A DNA stretch of 64,000 nucleotides from Terriglobia bacterium (GTDB lineage: Bacteria; Acidobacteriota; Terriglobia; Bryobacterales; UBA6623). Both the position numbers and the translations under genes were made by a program. This document shows, one piece after another, positions 45,305 to 54,500 of this stretch (position 1 is the first letter of the stretch; each line of letters starts with the position of its first letter). The notes under the pieces are model-generated. The model had not been told where the DNA came from. It was given only the letters and a program-made list of their open reading frames with translations, and made no database searches. The stretch is taken from NCBI GenBank assembly GCA_009838515.1, contig VXRL01000002.1:83248-147247 (forward strand), written 5' to 3'.

Positions 45305-47446
45305 CTAGACCCTGTGTGGCGGCAAGTCCCGATCCTGCCGCGAGAACTGCACGAGCCGCGCGCCCCCCGCGATCTTCTCGAGGCGGATCGGCGTCGGACC
45401 CATGGCCGGGCAACCGGTCTTTTCGTCACGCGCATTGCCCACGACGACCATGGGGTTTGCACCCCGCCCGGAGGCGTAACGCCCGTAGGATGCGTGCCCT
45501 TGGCCCACTGCCATGGACACGACCCCGGGAATGGCCGCGGGATTGACGTAAACAGGGGCTTCCAAGGCGCCGTACTCGGATCGGATCCGCACGTTGTCAC
45601 CGTTGACGAGGCCAAGCCTTTCCGCGGTTGCCGGATCCATCTCTACCGGCAGCCCCCAGAGGGCGCTCGATGTCGGATCGGGCAATTCTTGCAGCCACGG
45701 GCGGTTAGCGCCGCTTCCAGAGCCGAATTGCGGCGACTCGTAGGCCTGAAACATCACGCCTTCCTGCTTGGCGGCTATTTCGAACGTACCCAACGTTCCC
45801 GGCGTCGCTGGCGGCTTCCCGGACGGCTGTCCTTGCCAGCCTCCGTCCCTGAGGGTCGTTGCCTCGAAGTCCGACGCTGAAGTCTCCGATCCGGCCGATT
45901 CGACCGCGGAGTGCAGCGTGCTCACCGCTTGGCCTACCGTAAGTTCCTCGAACGGCCGTTCCGCGGCCTCCGCCAACTCGGACAAGGCGGTCGCGATCGG
46001 TCGCGAATCATACAGCGGCGCGACAAACTCCCCCGCCGCCGCAATCGACGGGGACGGCGATACCGCGGGCACTTCGAGCGCAGCCTGCTCCAGCGGATCG
46101 TGATCGGGAAGGATGAGGTCCGCGAATGCGGAAGTGTCGTCCAAGAAGGAAGAGAAGCTGATCACCGTCTGAGCTGCGGCCAGAGCGCCTTGGCTAGCGG
46201 GGGCGTTGTAGGCCGGATTCACGCCATCGACCAGCACAACAGCGGCTTGCTCCAAGCGCTCGGACCAATCCTGGGAGAAGCGAGGTTGCCGGGCGAGCAC
46301 GCCCAGAGGGTCGGCCGGTGGGATCACGCCCCCCGGCTTGCCCACGCAGCCGAGCAGCCAGTTCAGGGCTAACGCGGCCGCGACCGCGTCGGCGGAGTTC
46401 CGGCGTACCATCGAAGCGCCGGCCACCACCACGGGCGCGGACGCTTGGGCCAGTTCGGACGCCGTCTGCCGGATCGTCTCTGCGGGAACGCCGGCTGCCC
46501 CCGCGGCCTTTTCGAGATCGACGTCAGCGAAGATCGATACGACGCTCGCCGGCGTGTCGGCGATTTGCTCGCCGAGGAGCACGTGTCCGATGGCCGAAGC
46601 TAGGGCGAGTTCTCCGCCAGGCCAGACAGGCAGCCAGCGATCGGCGTTCCAAGCCGTGAGCGAGAATCTGGATTCGGCGTGGATCAGGCGCCCGCGCAAC
46701 TCGCGACGCCCCTGGCGCATGTGCCCGTAGCGCCTCGAATACAGCACCGGCGACGCCCACCCGCCAAGGAAATCTGCTCCTATCGACAACACTAGGGAGG
46801 AGTCTTGGATCTCATAGAGCGGCAGGCCGCTTCGTCCGAATACACGTTCGGACGAAGCGCGCTCGGCGGCGAAGTCACCGACGCCGATGCTGGTAGCAGG
46901 CGGGGCGCCGACAGCCTCCAGAAAGCGGGCGATATTCTCCGAACGCACGCTTTCGCGAGCTCTTGCCAGGAAAAGGATCCTGCCGGGATCAGCGGCCGCC
47001 AATGCCCCGGCGGCCTCTGTAATCGCGTCATCCCATGAAATGGCTTCGAACTGGCCGGAGGCCCGCGGGCCGACCCGCTTCAGCGGGCCGCGCAGCCGAT
47101 CAGGGTTGTACAAGGACTGCAGGGAAGCGTGGCCGCGGGCGCACAGCCGCCCGCCGCTGACCGGATCGAGGGGGTTGCCCTCGAGTTTCTTGACAGCCGC
47201 GATCTTCTGGCGGACAAGTTCCCCGTCAACCTCGATCTCGCGTTCGGAAGCCATCACTCGGGCTAGCGTGCCGCAGGCCGCTGAGCACTCGCCGCAGACG
47301 CTTGGGTGCCACTGCTCGACGCCGACCGGGACGCTCTCCTCGGGCACGAGGAGCGGGATGATTTCCTCTGCTTGGCGGCCACACGCGCCAGTAACCGCGC
47401 CGCCAGAAGCGGTCCCGACCAACTTGACAAAGTTGCGCCGATCCAT
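45305..47446 (-). CDS. molybdopterin-oxidoreductase-fold subunit with Tat signal (ActB1-like)
   Basis: The N-terminus is MDRRNFVKLVGTASGGAVTGACG. An N-terminal FeS motif reads CGECSAACG. It is 713 aa with the Mo-bisPGD fold and has no in-frame stop. Confidence 0.85.
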   Translation of the reverse strand: MDRRNFVKLVGTASGGAVTGACGRQAEEIIPLLVPEESVPVGVEQWHPSVCGECSAACGTLARVMASEREIEVDGELVRQKIAAVKKLEGNPLDPVSGGRLCARGHASLQSLYNPDRLRGPLKRVGPRASGQFEAISWDDAITEAAGALAAADPGRILFLARARESVRSENIARFLEAVGAPPATSIGVGDFAAERASSERVFGRSGLPLYEIQDSSLVLSIGADFLGGWASPVLYSRRYGHMRQGRRELRGRLIHAESRFSLTAWNADRWLPVWPGGELALASAIGHVLLGEQIADTPASVVSIFADVDLEKAAGAAGVPAETIRQTASELAQASAPVVVAGASMVRRNSADAVAAALALNWLLGCVGKPGGVIPPADPLGVLARQPRFSQDWSERLEQAAVVLVDGVNPAYNAPASQGALAAAQTVISFSSFLDDTSAFADLILPDHDPLEQAALEVPAVSPSPSIAAAGEFVAPLYDSRPIATALSELAEAAERPFEELTVGQAVSTLHSAVESAGSETSASDFEATTLRDGGWQGQPSGKPPATPGTLGTFEIAAKQEGVMFQAYESPQFGSGSGANRPWLQELPDPTSSALWGLPVEMDPATAERLGLVNGDNVRIRSEYGALEAPVYVNPAAIPGVVSMAVGQGHASYGRYASGRGANPMVVVGNARDEKTGCPAMGPTPIRLEKIAGGARLVQFSRQDRDLPPHRV

Positions 47447-47560
47447 GCTAGCTAGCCTCGGCCGAAACGCTTTGCCCGGGCTCGAGCGGCGTACGCGGCG
47501 TAGCCGCTGGGACGTCCCGGCGCATTCGGGCTGGCACGTTCGATTGCATCACCGGCTGGC

Positions 47561-48034
47561 CTAGTAGTGACATGCCAGGCAGTCGTCGGTCGCGGAATTG
47601 TCGCGGTGGCACTGAATGCAGGAGCCCATGGTGTGCGTCACCGCCTTGACCGCGACCGTCATGGACGCCACGTCGCCGTGGCACTGAGAGCAAGCGATTT
47701 CCGCTCTGGCGTGCGGCGCGTGGCGAAACTGTACCGCGGCCGTCTTGGCAAATCCGTAGATGCGCTCCCAGGGCACCTCGTGCTTGCGCTCCCAGTATTC
47801 GCTCAGGCGCACCACCTCGGGTAAGTCCGTCGCGATGAACTGGTGGCACAGCATGCACTTCCGAATTGACGGCAGTCCGGCCGAGTCGCGCGATGTCGCG
47901 CCTTCGTGGCAGTCGGTGCATTGCATGCTGGCCTTCTCGATGTGGGCGGTATGCGAAAAGCCGATCGGCTGCTCTGCTGCCGACGCGGTCTGAACGGCCA
48001 GAAGGAGCAACGCTGAGTGCATCGCAAGGGACAC
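47561..48034 (-). CDS. pentaheme c-type cytochrome (ActA / cytochrome c3-c7 family)
   Basis: It has a signal peptide plus five CxxCH motifs: CTDCH, CMLCH, CSQCH, CIQCH and CLACH. Confidence 0.9.
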   Translation of the reverse strand: MSLAMHSALLLLAVQTASAAEQPIGFSHTAHIEKASMQCTDCHEGATSRDSAGLPSIRKCMLCHQFIATDLPEVVRLSEYWERKHEVPWERIYGFAKTAAVQFRHAPHARAEIACSQCHGDVASMTVAVKAVTHTMGSCIQCHRDNSATDDCLACHY

Positions 48035-48120
48035 GAGGAATTCGCCCTAAGCGGATGTCCAGCATAGCTTAGCCGCGAATGCAGGCCCCGGTCGGATCGC
48101 GCGGGCAGCAGGCCTCCCTT

Positions 48121-48711
48121 TCATGCGTCTCCCAGCGCCTTGTCGATCAGTTCTCGGCACTCGGGCGAGTATTCGATCTCGAGGGCCGCCGAGCGGCCTG
48201 CCTCGGACATCTTCTTCCACGTCTTGCGCAGGATGTTGATCATGCTGTCTTCAGCTTGGTCTCCTGCAAAGGGCGCGAAATAGTGGTCCAAGAACACCAA
48301 GCACGCTACGTCCTCCAACAGCTGCGCTAGTCGGTCGGTCTTGAAGCGCTCCTTGCGGATGATGGACTGGACGCGCAGCACGCTGCTGTCGTCCAAACCG
48401 CAGTCGCGCATGATCGCGCCGGCGGTATCGGCGTGGAAGCGCCCGAGCTCCCTGCGCCAGGCGAGGTAGGCGCGCCTTCCGGCAGGGTAGCTGCTGCGCG
48501 GGATCTCCCAGCGGCGGATGTGTTGGGCTCGCACCGCCAGCCGCACTTCGTCTGGGGCATTCGGTTCTAGCCGGTCCAGCCAGGCCGACATGCGCTTCGC
48601 GTACGACAGTTCCTTGGGCTCGCCGCTGGGCTCGCGGTTGGGGTCCTCCGCGTTCGCGGCGTCGAACATTTCCATGCAGCGGCGCACGCGCGCTTCGTCC
48701 ATGTCGCTCAT
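48121..48711 (-). CDS. DUF4202-like protein
   Basis: 196 aa. My family assignment from memory is moderate. A 4-nt overlap with the rsmE stop suggests co-translation. Confidence 0.6.
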   Translation of the reverse strand: MSDMDEARVRRCMEMFDAANAEDPNREPSGEPKELSYAKRMSAWLDRLEPNAPDEVRLAVRAQHIRRWEIPRSSYPAGRRAYLAWRRELGRFHADTAGAIMRDCGLDDSSVLRVQSIIRKERFKTDRLAQLLEDVACLVFLDHYFAPFAGDQAEDSMINILRKTWKKMSEAGRSAALEIEYSPECRELIDKALGDA

Positions 48712-49424
48712 GGTCCACCCTCGGCGGCGCAGCGGCCGGCACAGATCGCGGCCAGCGCGACAGCCGCTGTCTCGGCCCTCAATACGTTGCGTCCGAGGCT
48801 TGCGGCCTCAAAGCCGCTCTCGTACGCCAACTGCGACTCCTGCTGCGTCCAACCGCCCTCCGGGCCGACAAGGACGGTCGTCTCGTGGCCGCAGCGGACG
48901 CTTGCCACGGGGGCGCCAGCCGGTTCGGCCAATAGCTTCGCGTCACTGCCGCAGTCTTGGACAATGTCCGCGAAGGCTGTTGGCACCGCCAAGGTCGGAG
49001 CGGCCAGCCGCCGGGACTGCTGGGCGGCCTCGAGTGCGATGCGCCGCCAGCGCTCAGCTCGCTTTTCGGCCGACTGTACCAACTTCGTGTCGCTGCGAGC
49101 GGCGATCAGGGGTGTAATCGAATGCACGCCGAGTTCAGTCAGCTTCTCGACAGCCCACTCGAAGCGGGCGAACTTGACGATTGCCAGCACTACGCTCAGG
49201 CGCGGGAATTCGGGCTCAGCGGGCAGTGCGCCTTCGATGCGGAAGCGCACTTCTGCCGGCGTGCAGCTCTCGGTGAGAGCCCGATAGGCGGTCACTTGGT
49301 CGGAGACCTCGACCTGTTCCCCCGCCTGCAGGCGCGCCACCCGTGCGAGGTGATGTGCTTGGGCTCCGCGAGCGACTGCCGCGCCGCCTTCGATCACGTC
49401 CACGAACACGCGCCGCAGGGCCAT
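48708..49424 (-). CDS. rsmE: 16S rRNA (uracil1498-N3)-methyltransferase
   Basis: 238 aa from the ATG at 49424 (MALRRVFVD...). It has the conserved VGPEGGWT motif. The track ORF is over-extended to 49799. Confidence 0.85.
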   Translation of the reverse strand: MALRRVFVDVIEGGAAVARGAQAHHLARVARLQAGEQVEVSDQVTAYRALTESCTPAEVRFRIEGALPAEPEFPRLSVVLAIVKFARFEWAVEKLTELGVHSITPLIAARSDTKLVQSAEKRAERWRRIALEAAQQSRRLAAPTLAVPTAFADIVQDCGSDAKLLAEPAGAPVASVRCGHETTVLVGPEGGWTQQESQLAYESGFEAASLGRNVLRAETAAVALAAICAGRCAAEGGP

Positions 49425-49510
49425 TCCAAACAGCTTATCGCTTCGAATTCGAATCGCTTCGCCTGGCGGCGCTTGCCCGCCACGCGCGATTGGCGGCATC
49501 CCTTGATCGG

Positions 49511-49516
49511 TAGACT
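49511..49516 (+). promoter_or_regulatory. candidate -10 box (TAGACT) 5 nt upstream of the ATG at 49522
   Basis: TAGACT, then ggagc, then ATG. The GGAG is too close to the start codon to act as a Shine-Dalgarno sequence. Confidence 0.3.
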
Positions 49517-49521
49517 GGAGC

Positions 49522-50754
49522 ATGGGCCTGGGAATCGGAGCGCAGGTCGAAGCCGGCGGAGGGCACTCCATCGCTGCTGACGAGACGGCGCGGGTGGTCA
49601 GAGACCGGCTGCGCCCGCACTTCGAGGAGCTGGCGCAGTGCGGGTCCACACCCGAACTGCTGGGCCACAGCCTGTACCGGCAGATCCAGCCCCTAGCGGA
49701 TCGGGTGCTGGCCACGACTGAAAACGGCACGTTCGCGCCTCCAGATGCTCCGGCCAAGTCGTCGTATCGCTTGCTGGCTTGGAATATCGAGCGCGGCATA
49801 GAGTTCGAGGCCCAGATGGAGGAGTTCGGGGGGCATGACTATCTGCGTTCGGCGGATGTCCTGCTACTCACCGAGACTGACGTGGGCATGGCTCGGTCGG
49901 GAAATCGCAACGTTGCCCGCGACTTGGCCCGCGAGCTGGGGCTGAACTACGCCTTTGCGCCCTGCTATTTGAACCTGTCCAAGGGTGCCGGTGTTGAGAG
50001 CGAATCGGCGGGGGAGAACGACGTGGGTTTGCACGGCAATGCGCTGCTGAGCCGTTACCCCCTGCGCAATCCGCGCCGCATCGCATTGGGGAACGGCCGC
50101 GACAAGATGCGCGGCCGGGAGAAGCGGCTGGGCCAGCAGGCAGCCATCGCCGCCGAGGTTGACTTGCCGGGGCTGCCGCTAACTGCTTGCTCGGTTCATT
50201 TGGACGCGCAGTCCCGCCAGCGCCACCGGCGAGACCAGATGGAGTTGGTGATCGACGGACTGCCGCCTGACGGACCAGCCGTGATCGCCGGAGACTGGAA
50301 CACGACGACGTTCGACTCTTCGAGCGCCCGCTCGGTGATCATCGGGTATTTCGTGCGGCTGACGTTCGGTGTCAACAACATGATCAAGGGCCACTTCTTG
50401 CGGCCGTACGCCTTCTTCGAGCGCGATCTGTTCCGGCTGCTGGAGCGGCGCGGGTTCGAGTGGCGCTCGTCGAACGTGCTGGACGAACGGACCACTTCCT
50501 ACGATGTCGAAGATGCCAAGACACACAAGAACCTGCGCGAATGGGTGCCTGAGTGGTGCTTCGATTTCGTCCGCTGGGCCTTGAGGGACTTCGACGGCAA
50601 GTGCCCGCTGAAGATCGACTGGTTTGCCACTCGGGGCTTGTCTCCGAAGGATCCGATCGTGTTGCATGAGTTTCGCGAAAACCGCGTGCCGCCACTATCC
50701 GACCACGATGTGATCGGCCTCGACCTGCCGGTTCCCGCTCGGACGGCAACATAG
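49522..50754 (+). CDS. endonuclease/exonuclease/phosphatase (EEP) family protein
   Basis: It has LLAWNIERG near the start of the catalytic domain and a C-terminal SDHDVIG. Confidence 0.8.
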   Translation: MGLGIGAQVEAGGGHSIAADETARVVRDRLRPHFEELAQCGSTPELLGHSLYRQIQPLADRVLATTENGTFAPPDAPAKSSYRLLAWNIERGIEFEAQMEEFGGHDYLRSADVLLLTETDVGMARSGNRNVARDLARELGLNYAFAPCYLNLSKGAGVESESAGENDVGLHGNALLSRYPLRNPRRIALGNGRDKMRGREKRLGQQAAIAAEVDLPGLPLTACSVHLDAQSRQRHRRDQMELVIDGLPPDGPAVIAGDWNTTTFDSSSARSVIIGYFVRLTFGVNNMIKGHFLRPYAFFERDLFRLLERRGFEWRSSNVLDERTTSYDVEDAKTHKNLREWVPEWCFDFVRWALRDFDGKCPLKIDWFATRGLSPKDPIVLHEFRENRVPPLSDHDVIGLDLPVPARTAT

Positions 50755-50789
50755 CCGCCCTCCCTGGATCGCCCTGCGATCTCGCGCTG

Positions 50790-51695
50790 CTACCACGGGT
50801 CCTTCTGGACTCGTTCCAGCGGCTTGTCTGTCATGGTGGGTCGAAACGGCTCGCGAGATCCCATGTCGTAGCGGTCGCCCGGCGCGAGGAAATAGAACCT
50901 GCCGGCCGGTGGGATCTTTCGCTGGTTGTCGTAAATGACGGCGTAGCTCTGCCCGATGACCTCGAACCGGTCCCCCTCCACCACGATCGCCGTGTTCTCG
51001 TCGATTCCGATTCCCAGAAGTTCCGGGTGAGACTCGATCACTTCGAGAAGGTCGAATTGGCGGTTCCGACGGAGCAGGTGCTGGTCTATCCCGACATTCT
51101 TCAACAGTCCGAACCCCTCGATGTGATCTCCCATCATCACGGTGTTCGTCTTGGTGTCCCCGCGGATCAAGAACGAGCCCATGATCGACGCCCCGGCGGA
51201 AGACCCGCTGATCACGCCGCCCCGATCCAGTAACGCGAGCAGTTCCCTGTGGGTAAGGGTGTTCAAGTACGCGTCGGCCAAGCGCCACTGCCGGCCTCCG
51301 CCGAAGAACACGCCGCGGGCGCGGCGCAGCGGAGCGACGAATTCGTCCGTATCGGCCACGCTCGGGTCGTAGGTGTGCAGAACGGTGATGTCCGTTGCGC
51401 CTGCGGCCTTGAAGGGGCGCTGGCCCTTCCAGTGCTGGTCGTAGTGCGGAGCTCCTCCGGCGGTCGGGATAGCCACCAGCGGGGCGTCAGGCCCCCCGGC
51501 GAGCTCGATGATTCGGTCGACGATCGCCGGGTCCCGCATCGCGCCGCCGATGATCACTAGAGATCCACGTGCAGGCCCGACAAGGGGGCTCTCGGCTGCC
51601 GGGGGATCTTGTGCGCTGGCGGGCGCGGCTACGAGAAGCAGCGCGGCCGCGACGAACGCGACCCAGCGTGTCGATTTCAGGCCTGCTCCGTGCAA
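50790..51695 (-). CDS. secreted cyanophycinase-like peptidase (S51 family)
   Basis: It has a signal peptide. The motifs are LVIIGGA, FFGGGRQWRL and the nucleophile region SGSSAGASIMG. Confidence 0.8.
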   Translation of the reverse strand: MHGAGLKSTRWVAFVAAALLLVAAPASAQDPPAAESPLVGPARGSLVIIGGAMRDPAIVDRIIELAGGPDAPLVAIPTAGGAPHYDQHWKGQRPFKAAGATDITVLHTYDPSVADTDEFVAPLRRARGVFFGGGRQWRLADAYLNTLTHRELLALLDRGGVISGSSAGASIMGSFLIRGDTKTNTVMMGDHIEGFGLLKNVGIDQHLLRRNRQFDLLEVIESHPELLGIGIDENTAIVVEGDRFEVIGQSYAVIYDNQRKIPPAGRFYFLAPGDRYDMGSREPFRPTMTDKPLERVQKDPW

Positions 51696-52033
51696 CTCGC
51701 CGAGTTTACCTCTGGGACGATCCGGCGGTCAACGAATCGCAGTCACGCGCGGCCCTGCCGGCCCTGCCCGATCCAGGCCTCGCGCGGCGCGACTGTAGGG
51801 CTGTAAGAGCGAGAGATCGGGCGGGAACTTTGTCCGGCGGTCGTGCTTGCGCTCGCCGCCGCTAGGGAAGCCCCGCCGCGGGCGCGGCCGAACAACGCTC
51901 AGGCTTCTCCGGCCGGCCCCCTCTTAGTGGAATCAAGGGTTCGCTCACGAACGGGACGTGGCGCAGACGATGCGCGTTCGAAGGGGCCGTCGGCTGCGCC
52001 TTGAGTCGGCGCATGGGAAAGGACCTCACCGCC

Positions 52034-52039
52034 TATAAT
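52034..52039 (+). promoter_or_regulatory. perfect TATAAT box 14 nt upstream of the metW ATG
   Basis: TATAAT lies at 52034-52039. I found no convincing -35 box. Confidence 0.3.
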
Positions 52040-52053
52040 TTGGGAAACGGCCC

Positions 52054-52677
52054 ATGCCAGTTTTGGAGGCGTCAGAGGTTGCGACCGTGCCAGACTCGCT
52101 GGCGCGGGAGGATCACCGCATCATCGCCGACATGATCGGCGAAACCTCGACAGTGTTGGATTTGGGCTGCGGCGAAGGCGACCTGCTTGCTTGGCTGGCG
52201 CGGAACAAGCGCGTCGAGGCGCGCGGGGTGGAGATCGCTCCGGAGAAAGTCCGGCGGTGCGTCGAACTGGGCCTGTCCGTCTATCAGGGAGACATCAACC
52301 AGGGCTTGGCCGACTACCCAGACGCCTGTTTCGACTACGTGATACTCAGCCAGACTCTGCAGGTCGTGCGGCATCCCCTCGAGCTGATGCGAGAAATGCG
52401 GCGGGTGGGCCGGCGGATCGTCGTGGCCTTCCCCAACTTCGGTCACTGGAGCGTGCGCCTGTCGCTGCTATGCACCGGGAAGGCTCCTCGCACGGGGCAC
52501 CTTCCGTACCAGTGGTACGACTCCCCGAACATCCGCGTGCTGACGATCCTCGACTTCGAGGACCTGTTGCGCCAGGAGGGGCTCCGTGCCGAGCAGTCGT
52601 GCTTCCTGAGGCGCGGCCGGCGGGTGGCCAGCCAGCCGAATCTCCTAGCTGATTCGGCGATCTATCTGCTCAGCTAG
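52054..52677 (+). CDS. metW: methionine biosynthesis protein MetW
   Basis: It has DLGCGEGDLL and VVAFPNFGHWSVRLSLLCTGKAP...WYDSPNIRVLTILDFEDL, a characteristic MetW pattern. Confidence 0.85.
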   Translation: MPVLEASEVATVPDSLAREDHRIIADMIGETSTVLDLGCGEGDLLAWLARNKRVEARGVEIAPEKVRRCVELGLSVYQGDINQGLADYPDACFDYVILSQTLQVVRHPLELMREMRRVGRRIVVAFPNFGHWSVRLSLLCTGKAPRTGHLPYQWYDSPNIRVLTILDFEDLLRQEGLRAEQSCFLRRGRRVASQPNLLADSAIYLLS

Positions 52678-53692
52678 CGCTCCGGTCTTCCGCCAGCAGT
52701 TCGTCGACGGCTCGCGCCACAGCCTCCGGCGTCACCGACAGAATGCAGCGGGGCTCGTCGAAGGCGTAGCAGCGGTCGCCCGGGCAGGGCTTGCAGTCCC
52801 AGGCGGTCTCGACAACCCTGTGCCGTGTCATCCACGGGTGCCAGGTCTTTGAGTTTGAAGATCCAAAGATTGTCACGCAGGGGACATCGAACGCCGCCGC
52901 TATATGGGCCGGGCCGGAGTCGTTGCCCACGAACAGCCGCGCGCCGGCCAATAGCGACATTAGGTCTGGCAGGGGCAGTCCTTGGCGCACCTGAAAGTCC
53001 GAGAGCTTTGCGGCAAGGTCTGCCTCGTCTGGGCCGCAGACGAACACCGGCTCCAGTCCGTGACGCTTTCGCAGCCGGTCGGCCAACGCTAGGAAGTGCG
53101 CGAGCTGCCAGGTCTTGGTGGCGTAAGTCGCGCCGGCGTGCAGGATCGCATACGGCTGGTCTGCATCCGCCGGCGCTGCTGCTAGGCGGGCGCCCGGGAT
53201 CGGCTCTAGCGTTCCGGCTAGGTGCATGACGGCCGCGGCGTGGTGCTCGGCGGTATGTACGCTTTCGTGCTCGTCGCGTCCGAGCACCTCTTGCGGGCGC
53301 GGGATCTGAACGTTATAGGCCCAGCGCTGGCGGAAGTGGGCAAACCCCGCCCGCCAGCGCGCCCCGGACAGGGCCGTGCACCAGGCCGCCGTCGTTCCGC
53401 CGTGCATGTCAACGCACAGGCTCGGCTGCAGCGCACGAAGGTCCCGCACCAAGCGGGTCTTGCTCAGGGCGCTGGCACCCGTTGCGAGGCGCACGACTCC
53501 GTCGATGTCCGGCTGGCCCGCCAGCACGTCCGCGAAACGCTCCTCCATCGCGACGTGGATGCTAGCGCGGGGCATCGCCCTGCGCAGCAACGAAAAGGCG
53601 GGAGTCACCAACACCGTGTCGCCGAGAGACCGCAACCGCACCAAGACGATCGAGGCTTCGGGCGAGAGTCGGGAGAGAATCGGATCGCTCAC
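52670..53692 (-). CDS. glycosyltransferase family 9 (heptosyltransferase-like)
   Basis: It has the GT9 motif FVGNDSGPAHIAAAFDVPCVTIFG. Confidence 0.85.
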   Translation of the reverse strand: MSDPILSRLSPEASIVLVRLRSLGDTVLVTPAFSLLRRAMPRASIHVAMEERFADVLAGQPDIDGVVRLATGASALSKTRLVRDLRALQPSLCVDMHGGTTAAWCTALSGARWRAGFAHFRQRWAYNVQIPRPQEVLGRDEHESVHTAEHHAAAVMHLAGTLEPIPGARLAAAPADADQPYAILHAGATYATKTWQLAHFLALADRLRKRHGLEPVFVCGPDEADLAAKLSDFQVRQGLPLPDLMSLLAGARLFVGNDSGPAHIAAAFDVPCVTIFGSSNSKTWHPWMTRHRVVETAWDCKPCPGDRCYAFDEPRCILSVTPEAVARAVDELLAEDRSAS

Positions 53693-53701
53693 GCAGGCAG
53701 C

Positions 53702-54361
53702 TCAGGCCGCGCGCGATTCGGCCACTGTATCGAGAAACCCCCTCGCGGCGGTCTCGATTCGCCCGAAGTCTTCGTTCATCAGCCAGCGCTTGTTGACCAG
53801 TTCGGAGCCAACTGCGACCGCGCTAGCCCCGGCCCGGAAGAAGTCTCCGGCGTTGGCTAGGGTCACGCCCCCGGTCGGCACGAGCAGCACTTGGGGCAGC
53901 GGGGCCTTGACGGCTTTGATGTAGCTCGCACCGCCGACCGCACCTACGGGGAAAACCTTGACCATGGACGCCCCGGCATCCCACGCGGTCATGATCTCGG
54001 TGGGTGTCAGAGCGCCGGGAATCACGCATTTCGAGTAGCGATTGCAGATTTCTATGGTCGCTAGGTCGAGCGAGGGGGTAACGCAGAACTGAGCGCCGGC
54101 CAGCATGCAATTGCGCGCCGTAGTGGCATCTAGGACGGTGCCGGCACCGAGCACCAAGCGGTCGCCGAAGCGGTCGCATGCCGCTTCTAGCGTCTTGATC
54201 GCCCCCGGGACGGTCATCGTGACCTCCAGTACCGGGATGCCCGCGTTGTAAATCGCCTCAACGGCGTACAGCGCGTGCCCGGCGTCATCGGTGCGAACGA
54301 TCGGGATGATGCCCACATCCAAGATCGTGTTCAGAATGTCCTGCTTGGCCATACCTGCCAA
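53702..54361 (-). CDS. eda: KDPG / 4-hydroxy-2-oxoglutarate aldolase
   Basis: It has GIIPIVR, LEVTMT, GAGTVL and KVFP motifs. The length of about 215 aa fits. Confidence 0.85.
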   Translation of the reverse strand: MAGMAKQDILNTILDVGIIPIVRTDDAGHALYAVEAIYNAGIPVLEVTMTVPGAIKTLEAACDRFGDRLVLGAGTVLDATTARNCMLAGAQFCVTPSLDLATIEICNRYSKCVIPGALTPTEIMTAWDAGASMVKVFPVGAVGGASYIKAVKAPLPQVLLVPTGGVTLANAGDFFRAGASAVAVGSELVNKRWLMNEDFGRIETAARGFLDTVAESRAA

Positions 54362-54500
54362 ATCCTAAGCCGATACAGTACCAGAGCGGCCGATCTTCCG
54401 GCAACGGCTCCGTTCCCATTGCGCCGAAGACCTCGCGGCCGCGCGATGCCGTTGGCGCGGCCGGCGCTTCGGACAGCCTGGCGAATTACACTGGGAGACC

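Noticed and set aside
45305-47446. Molybdopterin-fold subunit considered as a selenocysteine-containing formate-dehydrogenase-type enzyme, given the TGA finding in the rhodanese gene.
   Set aside because: The ORF is uninterrupted for 713 aa with no in-frame TGA. Its context (pentaheme cytochrome, NrfD, DUF3341) is ACIII- or Qrc-like rather than FDH.
51700-52030. Possible SAM-type riboswitch or structured leader upstream of metW (GTAAGAG ... CTCTTAG complementarity and several GC hairpins).
   Set aside because: I could not find SAM-I core motifs (GAGGGA, GCAACC, GGUGC.AA). A 6-7 bp long-range match and GC hairpins are expected by chance in this composition. The TATAAT box sits downstream of the region, so it would not be in the metW leader. 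An Infernal/Rfam scan would settle it.
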